NCBI RefSeq assembly: GCF_001194135.2
Contig: NC_068984.1
Location: 36,659,445 to 36,700,299 of the forward strand
Direction of reading: 5' to 3'
From: Octopus bimaculoides
Taxonomy: Eukaryota
Length of the DNA: 40,855 bases
In this document: piece by piece, positions 24,241-35,174 of the stretch
Layout: every line of letters starts with the position of its first letter
Numbering within the stretch: position 1 is the stretch's first letter
Translations under genes and position numbers: made by a program
The notes under the pieces: model-generated
What the model was told of the DNA's origin: nothing
Seen by the model: the letters and a program-made list of their open reading frames with translations, nothing else
Databases searched by the model: none

Positions 24241-24954
24241 AAATTTCAAGACAATGGATATTGTATAATTTGCATATATTGACGTTTTTCTAATACATAT
24301 AAACTTGTATGTACATGTGTATATATACAAAATGTATTACAACTGAAAGAGAGTGTTGAAGAATATAATAACAAACTGCAACCAAAAAAAATGCATATTA
24401 TTCAAACGATAAGGTGATTTCTCAATCTCTATGAATATACCATTTCCTTCTTTCATTTCCTATGCGAGTAAAGTTTACAACTGCACAAGAAACGAAAAAT
24501 CACCTTTATAAATATTTCGGTGACAAAAGATCATTACTTTGTCAATATGCTTGCTCAACAGAGGAAATGAGACAGCATAAATACACACACAGCAAGATAA
24601 ATTAATTTTTAATGATGGTGGAAACATTAATTTCGCCAATAAAGTCTGATAACCACTGAAAAAGAAATGAGATGATGTAAATGAAATGATATTATTCTGG
24701 ATATAATATCGATGTTGACATATAAAAATGAAAAAAATAACAAGTTGGTAATTAAAGCGACAGCAAACAGGGAGTTATACTTCAGAAAACAGTGCTAAGA
24801 AACTCGCAAATGAAAGCCATCAGATTACAAGTAAAAATGTTCTTAGATAACATACTGAAACACGTCATCTAATGTACACTAAGGCAAATATTTCAGATCA
24901 TGAGAATATATGCATTTGCACGTATGTTTGCATTGATATGACATTTCTTTTAAA

Positions 24955-25560
24955 TTTTCAGTCCGAAGACTTTGGCTATGCTGTAGCACCACCAATGCAA
25001 TCACCTTTTCAATGGTCAGTGTTATGCGAATAACTTTTGGTCAAGTAGGGAGTTCGACACTGGTTCACTTTTTTGAGATTTTTGCCGTGTTATAGTTTCA
25101 TCCGGGACCTTATACAACAGGAGATCAAGTTATTTCTACAAAACATCTACCACTATTCCATGAAGATCCATCAGATGTGTTGACAAGGCATTAAATATCT
25201 GTGGGCCCTTGAATCACAAGCTATTGTAGTACATGGTCCTCACTCCAGGCTGGATAGCTGGGACATTTGGAACTGTGGAGTGACGTCTAGTTCGTGGGGT
25301 TGGTATAGCTCTCCATACCAAAGTTTGATACCCACTCGTCCAGAATCTTGCATATGTATATCACTGTATACCTCTCTCATCTTCGATCCAAGGAGTAGAG
25401 CCGCAGCTCTTTCAGTCCCTCCCACTAGAATAACTGTTCCATTGATACAATCTTCCTGGCGTAGCACCGCTAAACGGCCTCAAGTTCCGCTATTAATTTC
25501 AAACTTTGGGATATCCTCATTTGAAAGCAATAGTCGAGATAGTTGAGTGCAAATCTACTT
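24955..25560 (-). mobile_element. CR1/L2-group LINE 3' end, decayed
   Basis: Minus frame LNYLDYCFQM...LIAELEAV*RCYARKIVSMEQLF*WEGLKELRLYSLDRR*ERYTVIYICKILDEWVSNFG, matching the LDYC..LEAVQR..YWERLK.L.LYSLERRRERY..IY.WKIL pattern. The tail is GGTGGTGCTACAGCATAGCC...CTGAAA. Confidence 0.8.
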
Positions 25561-25629
25561 CATAGAACCAGCATAGCTACATGATCACTTGTTTTGAAGG
25601 TTCTAAGGATTCATCCGGCCATTCGCTTT

Positions 25630-25800
25630 CATATATATATATACACGCACATGTATATACCAAGACACGCATACGCACACACACCTGCACTGCGCCCACT
25701 CATACTCACACACTAGCGTATATGTGTGTGAATGGCAGTGTGAGTGTGAGTGTTTGCGCGCGTGTGTGTTTGTGGGTGTGGTTGTATGTGTGTTTATATG
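25630..25800. repeat. Degenerate (TA)/(CA)/(TG) microsatellite region
   Basis: Direct reading. Confidence 0.85.
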
Positions 25801-27089
25801 AAGAGAGAAAAAGACGATAGAGAAACAGGAAAGTGAATGAGATTCAAATTTAATACGTATTCCCGACATCTACGTTAGCCAAAGTTGTGTAGTCCCAATG
25901 AAGAGAATGAAGAAAACAGTAACATCATGAAACATTGGAAACACACCAGTGTTTCATTGGCTTCATTAAATTCATTAAATTCTATATTTTCTGATAATTT
26001 GAACGCATTTATTCCATTTTGCTTCTTCAATATAGACCTAAATCAATGCACGTGCATTTTCGTCGTATTTGACCTATCTATCATGTCTCAGCAATGCACT
26101 ATTTTATGGAAACGAAAATACTTGTTCCAATGCTGCCCTTCTGTCTACCTATGTGCTTCATATATAATTCTTTGTATTCTTCTATACTCCAGGAATTGGA
26201 GCTATGCACAGTAATAATCTAAAATGTCTTTTCTAACCCATCATAATAAATGTTCTCTTTTACCAGTCGTATGCTACAATAGGTGATTCACTTGTCATAG
26301 ATGATGCTCTAGTCGTGCATACACTCTACGCACGAAAACTAGCTAGCGTGCCCTCAATACAGTCATCTAATACGGTTAATAAGTGTCGATAACGATTGTT
26401 GTGGCTCAATTGTCCTTTTCCTAGATTATAATTCTTGGAGTTCTTTATTTCATATTGAATCTGATCTAGATCACTTTGAATTACGTACACTTGTGTACCA
26501 ACCTAGTTACTGTAGGTAACATCGCCTGAGTCACTTCATATTCATCGTAGACACTTTTTGTACTACTTACAATGATATGGTGCATCAGTATCGTTTATTT
26601 TTATTCAATAATTTTTCAATAATTTGCAATATGTTTCTCGAATTCTATTCAAAGTCGAGTTGAGTTTACTTGATTTTTTTTTCCTCTAAAATATTCTTAA
26701 ATGAAAGTTGTTCGGAGTCCATTTCACGAAATATATCAGTTATCACATTTATCGAATTTTTAATATGATTTTTATTTTGAAAGTTTTACACCAAATATAA
26801 TCTGCAAAACATTTATGAGAAGCTAAACTATTAATGGAACATGCTTCTTTTCAGTTAATATAAGTTATACAGTTTTTTTATATGCTTTCATGTTATTTTT
26901 ATTCCTGTTTTCGTTTTGCCACATTTTAAAGTATACTTTTCTAGTATTGGACGAAGAATATTTTGGTTGACTACATGTTTATAAATCAGATGTGTAACAG
27001 AAATAATTTAAAATGAATTTTGTATTTATAAATCTCGTGTTTATACACCCGTACAGCATCTTACAAGAATTACTAAGATTTGAACGTGT

Positions 27090-27690
27090 TTCAATAGCAG
27101 CACCAGGACAAATCGTTGTATTATGCATGAAGATTGAAGCAATTTTCATTAGAACATCATTGGGAAAATTGGAGAGGTTTAAGTATCTTGAGGCCGTATT
27201 TATGAGTGATAGGATGCAAAAAGCTGAAATGGATGCTAGAACAGTAGGTAAGGCCCGTTGCCGTAATTTAGTGCCAGGGAGTGCTTCAGAAACACATAGC
27301 GTGGGCAATAATACTTATTCAGGTGTTATTTTTGTAAAATACATTTTCTAAATTTGAGAGTGCACCATTGAATAGTGACGGAACGCTGTTTTCCAGTGCA
27401 TCACCTTAGCACGACCATGCTGCCGGTGCTAGCACAGTAATCCTCACTTACGGTCATGAATACGGGGAAATGAGAAGAGTATGATTGCGAATACAAGCGA
27501 CCGAAAAGTGGTTCTTTTGAAATATTCCTTCAGTTACGTTACCCGACAGAGATCGTATTGCAGAGACCAGGCAATTTCTTCACGTCCAATCGCTTCTTCT
27601 CTGCAATAACAAATCACAGCTTTGGTACTACAGGCATGTGATGAGAATGCCGGAGAGAAGAAACGCAAGATGGATTCTTCAATCTGAGAT
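27090..27690 (+). mobile_element. RTE (Rex3/Expander-like) RT C-terminal remnant
   Basis: LERFKYLEAVFMSDRMQKAEMDARTVGKA, then ILTYGHE..RIQATEK...SQLWYYRHVMRMPERR. These match FKYLG..F.SDG...EID.RIGKA / LTYGHE / QLRW.GHV.RMP. Confidence 0.7.
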
Positions 27691-27858
27691 CTATGTTAGA
27701 CGAAGGACGAAATGGTCATATAATATCCATACTCTGATTTGAACACATTTGACAATCGAGCAGTAAAGTAAATTGATGGTTGCTAATGACAGATCTCAAT
27801 AGAAGAGTGGTGTGAAGATTTCATCCACACGACACTCCCGGGAATAATGAGTGGGAAT

Positions 27859-27948
27859 AGATGGATGGATGGACGGACGGACGGATGGATGGATGGATGG
27901 ATGGATGGATGGATGGATGGATGGATGGATGGGTGAATGAATGAATGG
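27859..27948. repeat. (GGAT)n microsatellite with GGAC/GAAT variants
   Basis: Direct reading. Confidence 0.95.
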
Positions 27949-28194
27949 ATTATCATTGCCACAAATACGATAGATAGTCAACAAAATGTAACTTGTTCCC
28001 CTGAATTTGCGACACCAATATTTACATGCTTTTGGAATTTTCTTTCTTTGATTACCTGTGTCGCTCAGACGCAACAATATGTTGTCCAGAACCCAAACAG
28101 TAAAAATTTATCATAGAACAAAGTGTAAAATGTTTGTTCCATGTCTCGTTGTACGTAGCCTGAATATGTTAAACCAACTGATTAGATACATTAT

Positions 28195-28495
28195 ATTATT
28201 ATTTACAATTGACGGGTATTTGTCCTCATCTTGATTGTTGTTAATACAACGTTTCGGCTGATATACCTTCCAGCCTTCATCAGGTATCTTGGGGAAATTT
28301 CAGACCTGGGTTCTCATTTCTAAGGTATTTTTCGTTGTTGTTGTTGTTGTTATTATTATTATTATTATCATTATTCAGTTCACTGCCTGGAATCGAACTC
28401 GGAATCTTGGGGTTTGTAACCCGCGCTCTTAACTACTACGCCATACGTCCGTAAATAATGTACATAATTCCTCATCTCTTAAATATAGAACTGTA
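28195..28495 (-). mobile_element. tRNA-headed, hammerhead-containing short retroelement (SINE/retrozyme-like) with inverted tail piece at the 5' junction
   Basis: A-box TGGCGTAGTAG (28433-28443), B-box GAGTTCGATTCC (28389-28400), an (AAT/AAC)n spacer and a hammerhead motif at 28243-28288. The tail is homologous to 38943-38990. Positions 28451-28495 match the tail end of the 38870-39032 copy in the opposite orientation. Confidence 0.75.
28243..28288 (-). ncRNA. Minimal type I hammerhead ribozyme motif (Penelope-type, probably dimer-forming)
   Basis: GAUAC CUGAUGA A GGCUG-GAAGGUAUAU-CAGCC GAAAC GUU GUAUU. Stem I is GAUAC/GUAUU, stem II is GGCUG/CAGCC, stem III is the palindrome AACGUU, and the cleavage triplet is GUU. 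Confidence 0.72.
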
Positions 28496-28570
28496 TCAAC
28501 TGATTACTTATAATGAAGACCCAAATCTATAAAATATCTATATTTAAATAATATATTATATGAACAATGT

Positions 28571-28955
28571 GGGGGCGCAATGGCCCAGTGGTTATGGTAG
28601 CGGATTCGTGGTCATAGGATCGTGGTTTCGATTCCCAGACCGGACGTTGTGAGTGTTTATTGAGCGAAAACACCTAAAGTTCCATGAGGCTCCGGCAGGG
28701 GATGATGGCGAACCCTGCTGTACTCTTTCACCACAACTTTCTCTCACTCTTACTTCCTGTTTCTGTTGTTCCTGTAATTCAAAGGGTCAGCTTTGTCACA
28801 CTGTGTCACGCTGAATATCCCCGAGAACTACGTTAAAGGTACACGTGTCTGTGGAGTGCTCAGCCACTTGCACGTTAATTTCACGAGCAGGCTGTTCCGT
28901 TGATTGGATCAACTGGAACCCTCGACGTCGTAAGCGACGGAGTGCCAACAACAAC
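28571..28955 (+). mobile_element. tRNA-derived SINE (family C) with (AAC)n tail and candidate TSD
   Basis: A-box TGGCCCAGTGG, B-box-like GTTTCGATTCCC, tail GACGGAGTGCCAACAACAAC. TATATGAACA occurs at 28557-28566 and 28957-28966. Confidence 0.85.
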
Positions 28956-29717
28956 ATATATGAACAGAATTACATACAGCAAAGTACAGATATAGCTTTC
29001 TGTAGTAATACAAAAAAACTGTCATTATCAAGAAAAAGTATTTTGAAAAATGATCAAACACTTCAAATCATTCTAATAATCAGACACAACGAGCTTAAGA
29101 TACGCATATATAATACACATAGGGACACATATGAACATGTTGTACATCATACGTTATATTCAACTACCTTTTAATTAAAGTATATCGTCGTTTAAATATG
29201 TATATATTACTCTTATTCATACATGAATTAGCTGATATTCAGTCAAGTTAAAAGTCATTTACTAACATCTATTTCACAATGAATACCTTAATGTCTGCTT
29301 AATAATCTGTTATTTTCCCTCATTATTGTTGGATTCTATATTGATATTTATACAATTTATATATCATTTAATTTAATTTTCTTTGAAAACAATAGTTTTA
29401 TTCTGTACATATTAATATTGCATTAGATTTGTTTGTGCTCTATGTAAGCATAATTCATAAAATTCTTTTCAATATCGAATTCAATATCTATCTCATATTT
29501 ATTTTAGTCAGCAGTCCTTATTCATCATATTAGATTTATCTTCTTGTACTTGTAATCAATAAAAATGATTTTTGTTCATTTTATGACATTGATTTTGCTT
29601 ACAGTCTATTTTTTAACACCTTAAATTTTATTGTGAATCACATCTGTATTCATATTATGATCTGATATATTGCAGCTCACGAAATTCATTCTTTATTATT
29701 CTAACAAAGTCGATCAT

Positions 29718-29860
29718 TGATCACACAAACACAGACACACCCACACACACATAAACGCGCGCGCGCACATACACACACAAACACAAACATGCACACACAT
29801 AACACCTATATAAATATATGTTTATTTGCATATATGTGTTCGTGTATGTGTGTGTGTGTT
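29718..29860. repeat. Degenerate (CA)/(GT) microsatellites
   Basis: Direct reading. Confidence 0.85.
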
Positions 29861-30404
29861 TGGGTGTTAGAATTAATTCAGTTGTGTGTATCCCACCTTT
29901 AAAAATATCAGGGTTTTCTGCAAATAAAAATGAAATATTAGCTTCTATTATTTTATAGTATTTAGTAACACGGATTCCCTTTGATAAGACACATGTAGAC
30001 TACTGCTACGAGTGTAGATTTTAGCAGGAAAATAAACGAATCTCCTTTCATATATATAAATAAACTATAGATAAATGGTGGTAGTTACAACACTGTGAAT
30101 TTATCTCTGACGATAGAGATACACAGTTTAAGATAACAACGTAATTCATTTGAGTTTCTGAAATAATTTAGGGAATCTATGCTGGCTTACACTTATTAGC
30201 ATTCACTTTTAAGTATAGGTTGATTTGTCATCTCAGCATTTCAGCTAACTGAAGAAAGCGAAATAATACCTTCTGCAACAACATTATTGGTGTAGATAAC
30301 TAGAAGCCATTGATGAAACAAGCCTTATTCTATAATCACAAGCTGATATCCTTGCAAATCAGAGCGAGGGGTAATCTCAAAGTTAACTTATCATTAATAT
30401 GTAC

Positions 30405-30485
30405 GTTTGTGCGCGCGTGTGTGTGTGTGTGAGTGAGTGTGCGTGTATGTGTGCATGTGCGCGTACATGCGTGTGTGTGTGTGAG
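30405..30485. repeat. (GT)n microsatellite
   Basis: Direct reading. Confidence 0.9.
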
Positions 30486-31713
30486 TATATGCTGGTTTGT
30501 ATGCGTATTTATGCGACCTTGCCATTCGCTTTTTAACAACTAGTATTAGATAGTTTGCCTCCCCATAAAGAAGTTGAATGTCAACACTGTCTGTCAGTAC
30601 AGCCATCCACCTACCAGTTGATAGAAACCGTTCGCTTTTGCTTGTCTCTACACGTTTCACACAAAATCAAACTTCAAAAAGCTAATGAGTTTCAAGAAAC
30701 TGAAATTGTTCTTTTATAGCTGCAATACGGTAGTTCAACCAATGAACATAGTTTAGAACTCATTCCTCGCTTCAAGCTGCACAGTGTTTTACCAAACAAT
30801 GCAACGTCTTCCAGACCACCAGGAAAGAGCAGAGGTTGACTTGAAGCATCCTAGAGCCCTTAAGCTTTTGCAATCAATTTCTTTGGTGAACAAGATCACC
30901 AGTTTTGCTAAATTCTTATTTCCTCTCAATTCTCAAATATCATGCCTCAGTGAGCAATGGCTCCATAATATAATGCCACACACCTTTAATAATAAGTAAC
31001 ATATTATGATACGTAAACCGGGAATCTTCGTTATATCTTCAGGCAAAAGTTGGTTTAACCAACTTGCACCATTCCCTAGTAAGTGCTACTTCATAGATTA
31101 CGTAGAATTCTCATATAAAGTCAAACGAGATACTCATAAATCAGACAGATCTAGAGAAAGAAAGGTCACCTGCAAGTTGATATGTGCAATGATTATGTTA
31201 TAGTCACATTAGAGGAGGCTTCCCTTCATTCAGGAAGTCAGTAAAATTTCGGGGTGAACGGGAAAGTTGCATGTAAGTGAAGATTGATTGCGGGGATTAT
31301 AGAGAAATTAAAGCTGATATCACCTGTGCATGTGTAGTTGATAGGAAAATTAAATGTATGTCCCAAATGATATACTACCGACATAAAACTAAAGGTTGTT
31401 TGAACAATATTGTTCTCCTCTATGTTTCAATAAGATAATGGATGATTATGTTTAGAATGCCTTCGATCGCTGGTACTCCTAGTGAATGAGAGTAACTAAA
31501 GGGGGACATAGTGTAAAACCTCATTACACCTTCCACTGCACGGCAGAGACTTTTCTGTCGAATGTTATCTATACTCAATAACATAGAAATCTCTAATTTT
31601 CATTCCTCAATGGTATGATAAACTTACGTCCTTCATGAGCAGTATAGGAGAATAACAATCCTCATTATATATCAAGGGGGCGATCGACTTAATGCTATGT
31701 GAATGTCACCCCC

Positions 31714-31777
31714 CCACACACACACACACGTATATATGTTTGTGTGTGTGTATGTGTGTGTGTTTGTGTATGTATTG

Positions 31778-31814
<37 letters not shown>

Positions 31815-31885
31815 NNNNNNNNNNNNNNNNNNNNNNNNNNNNNNNNNNNNNNNNNNNNNNNNNNNNNNNNNNNNNNNNNNNNNNN

Positions 31886-31919
<34 letters not shown>
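31714..31919. repeat. (CA)/(GT)/(TA)n with gap (N 31815-31885)
   Basis: Direct reading. Confidence 0.95.
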
Positions 31920-31921
<2 letters not shown>

Positions 31922-33931
31922 GAATAACCTCCTGTAAAAGGAACCATAACGAGTGTCTTTAAAAGTGATTACATCAACATGAAACCTCTTTCAAATTACC
32001 TGAAAAGATGAAATATTCTCGACTAGAATTCAGTACATCATCGGTCTCCTAGATCACAATGAACCAACACCTGTCATATATACAATGTTGGCACAATTGC
32101 AAGCCAAAATTAGAGTTTCTTATAAGGGCAAGAAAGTACTTCAATAGAGGAAAGTTGACGAATATCTACAAAAAGTGAATACTTATTTTGGCGTAGTACT
32201 ACCTCCAAAGTTGCTAACGTTGAGATTCATTAAACGGTTCAAAATCTCGACTATGATTTTATTTTGATATTGTGAATCAATAAACAATCTACGGAAATAG
32301 GGTGAATGTAAAATAGTGGTGTAAGAAGTTCCTTTAGAGTAATTTGCGGATACAGACAAATAATATCTCCTTAATAATTCATGAGGTGGGCACAAAACAG
32401 TAAGAATCTAAACAATGATGTATATATTTATTATTTGTTCTTCATACCATACGGCTGATTGGAACGTAACTTTATGATCGTTGTTGTTTTCCGGTGTAGG
32501 ACAACACGTCCAGTTCTAAAACTGTGTGTTCACAAAACCCATGATTTACCATTATTAGAGATATGGGAGACACAGAAGGGTTTCAATATTGTTTGTGTGC
32601 CTCCTCTATAAATGCTACTCCATCAGACAAAGGAATCTCACCATAACACGAGCTGGTTTATAGGAACCATCAAACAAATCATTTGCTAACGTGTGCTGAT
32701 ATGTGGCAAATAGATTAGTCTTCAATGGGTTCGTGTACAACAGTGAGAATCTAAGCAATTGAAATTAAATAGTATATTACTGTGAATATTTCGTTCAGAA
32801 TTGACCATAGAAACGACAAAATACTATGGAAGATGACCATGATGATAATAACGAAGATGATCGGGATGATCGTATTGTACTTCGACTCGAGGCCACGATA
32901 TTCTTAGAGGTTGTTACACTAGACTGGATATATTCATTAAAAGAATGCAGAAATAAATGTGAAAAAGAAGATGAATAGAAGATGAATAAAGGAAAGTAGT
33001 AACAGAGTGAAAGAAAGAGATTAAGGAAGAAAAAAAAGGAGAGTATGGGTTTGCTGCAAGTATGAAGGAAAAGATTAATGGCACACATCTAGTGTAGCAG
33101 TCGTGATTTGAATGTAGATATTAGGAAACAAAATGGAATGCTACAATAATACAATGTTATAAATTAGTAAACTGCCATTGATAAAAGTTAAACACTATTT
33201 ACGGGAGCAGTTGCAATGGATATTTCCTCATGAAAACGGACGCCTGCTGTGAATTTAACACATTCACACTATATATTATAGCATTACACTCGATAATATT
33301 ACTCGAATGAATTGTACCAAACTGAATTTCCTCTTAATCTCCTTTTACACCTTAATTATCAGACATTATTGAACGCTGTTCTTCACTACATGACCTCTGA
33401 TTTTGATGAAACCATTTCACATGTTCAAAACTTGTGCTGCAACGTACATTGTCTGTAAGGTGCACGCAGTTTATTGTTCTTCTCAAGGTCGTGATCATCA
33501 TAGATATTATCACAATCGTCAAATACATTTTCAACATCATCATCCACTTGATCTCATAATCATTATTATATCTGTCGTCATTATCATCATCAATGCCATC
33601 ATCGTCGTCGTCGCTGTCGCCGTCATCATCGTTGTAGTCCTCATCACCGTCAGTTTAAGATAACTATCATTGACAAATTCATGTTAACAAATCAATGACG
33701 AAATCAATATCTGGTCGTTCAACATGCTACAATTAACAAGCAAGTCTTTTCTCAAAACATAACTTACTATTTTAAAAGGAAGGTTATATTAAGACAAACT
33801 GTCTAAAAGGAATACACTGGAAATGGTCATAGATCTGCTCAGTCGAAACAGGCCTGATTTTACATAACAATCCCACTTCATAAACATCGTGGTTATTTTC
33901 ATCACCACTGTCGTCATCGCCATGGTCGACG

Positions 33932-34000
<69 letters not shown>
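33932..34000. repeat. (ATC)n microsatellite
   Basis: Direct reading. Confidence 0.97.
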
Positions 34001-34479
34001 ACGCCATCATCTTCATCGTTATAATAAATCATTCACATCATTATTATCGCTTTTATCAATTTTAATTTAATGTCTTTTTTATGATCGCGCAATTAATCTA
34101 TCGGGCATTACAAAGATGTGTGAAAAACTACAAGTTAAAAGTCATGCATTAAAATGATGCCCCAAGTGGTGTTATAATTTTATCTATGGAAATGAGCATT
34201 TATTTATTCTAGGATGCATACATACAAATATAAATGCGTGTGTGTATGTGTGTTTGTATGCATATGCGTATACCCACACACACAAACGCACACACGCGCA
34301 CACACACATACACATTCATACATATATATATAATGATCGTTAGTAAAGGTAGGCTGTGTCTGTGGCAGCGATAAGTAATAAACGGATACAACAAACACAC
34401 AAGGTACAGTAGATCGACGGTTCAAATTGATCTGCTAGTAATAAGAGTTAATAAGATCAAAAGTCAATAAGAGAATCAA

Positions 34480-34720
34480 TTATAATGAACAATACTCAGT
34501 TGAACCTAGAAGACGTTCGCGTAGAAAAGTTGTGTGGTTCAATACACTGCGTGGCATGAACAGCACAACAATTTGTTTTTAAGATGCTTTTTAACGCTAA
34601 TCGGCACACATTAAATCTCTCCATACATATCATGACATGTTTATTTGACACAAAATTAAACTTAGTTATAGTTGCTTCCCAAATATAACTTCACAAATCT
34701 TTAATCACAATAAATATATT
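34480..34720 (+). mobile_element. Penelope-like element (PLE) ORF relic, region between RT and GIY-YIG endonuclease
   Basis: Three collinear peptides across frameshifts: RRRSRRKVVWFN (34508-34543), FLTLIGTH (34588-34611) and KIKLSYSCFPNITSQIFNHNK (34652-34714). They match the recalled PLE pattern RKRxIIWFNPP..FLxLIDKHF..KxSYSCMPNxxxIIxxHNK. Confidence 0.65.
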
Positions 34721-34861
34721 AAAATCCAAACATATTTCCATCTCCAGCAAAGCTAACCCAAATTTTTCGAACCCAAAACACTTTTTCTCTCCATCCCATC
34801 ATCCATCACAATGCACACACTTACATATCACATAGATATAATACATTTATTTACATGCATA

Positions 34862-34865
34862 CACT

Positions 34866-34915
<50 letters not shown>

Positions 34916-35018
34916 NNNNNNNNNNNNNNNNNNNNNNNNNNNNNNNNNNNNNNNNNNNNNNNNNNNNNNNNNNNNNNNNNNNNNNNNNNNNNNNNNNNNN
35001 NNNNNNNNNNNNNNNNNN

Positions 35019-35060
<42 letters not shown>
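34862..35060. repeat. (CA)n, gap (N 34916-35018), then (TA)n
   Basis: Direct reading. Confidence 0.95.
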
Positions 35061-35062
<2 letters not shown>

Positions 35063-35135
35063 CATCACCATGATCGACCGCTAGCCACTGAAGCTTTTTT
35101 TATTATTCTCTCTCTGCTTGTTTTCTCGTGTTCCT

Positions 35136-35174
35136 TCTTTTCTGTTGAAGAGCGTAGGCTCGAAACGTAAAAGA
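35136..35174 (+). ncRNA. Variant minimal hammerhead-like motif within a short interspersed repeat (about 35100-35275)
   Basis: UCUUUU CUGUUGA A GAGC-GUAG-GCUC GAAAC GUA AAAGA. Stem II is GAGC/GCUC, stem III is the palindrome ACGU, stem I is a weak U-tract/AAAG pairing, and the core has U in place of the conserved A6. Confidence 0.5.

Noticed and set aside
25240-25467. Protein-like ORF MLRQEDCINGTV...SSLE as a host exon with a GTGAG donor
   Set aside because: A different frame of the same strand gives clear CR1/L2-type LINE C-terminal motifs with stops, so this ORF is an off-frame read of a retroelement.
26317-26348. Hairpin followed by CTAG as a Helitron 3' end
   Set aside because: The spacing is too short, the next base is not T, and no Helitron 5' end or Rep/helicase remnant was found.
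28381-28452. Functional tRNA gene
   Set aside because: A and B boxes are present, but there is no complete acceptor stem or poly-T terminator, and it is attached to a repeat body. Treated as a SINE head.
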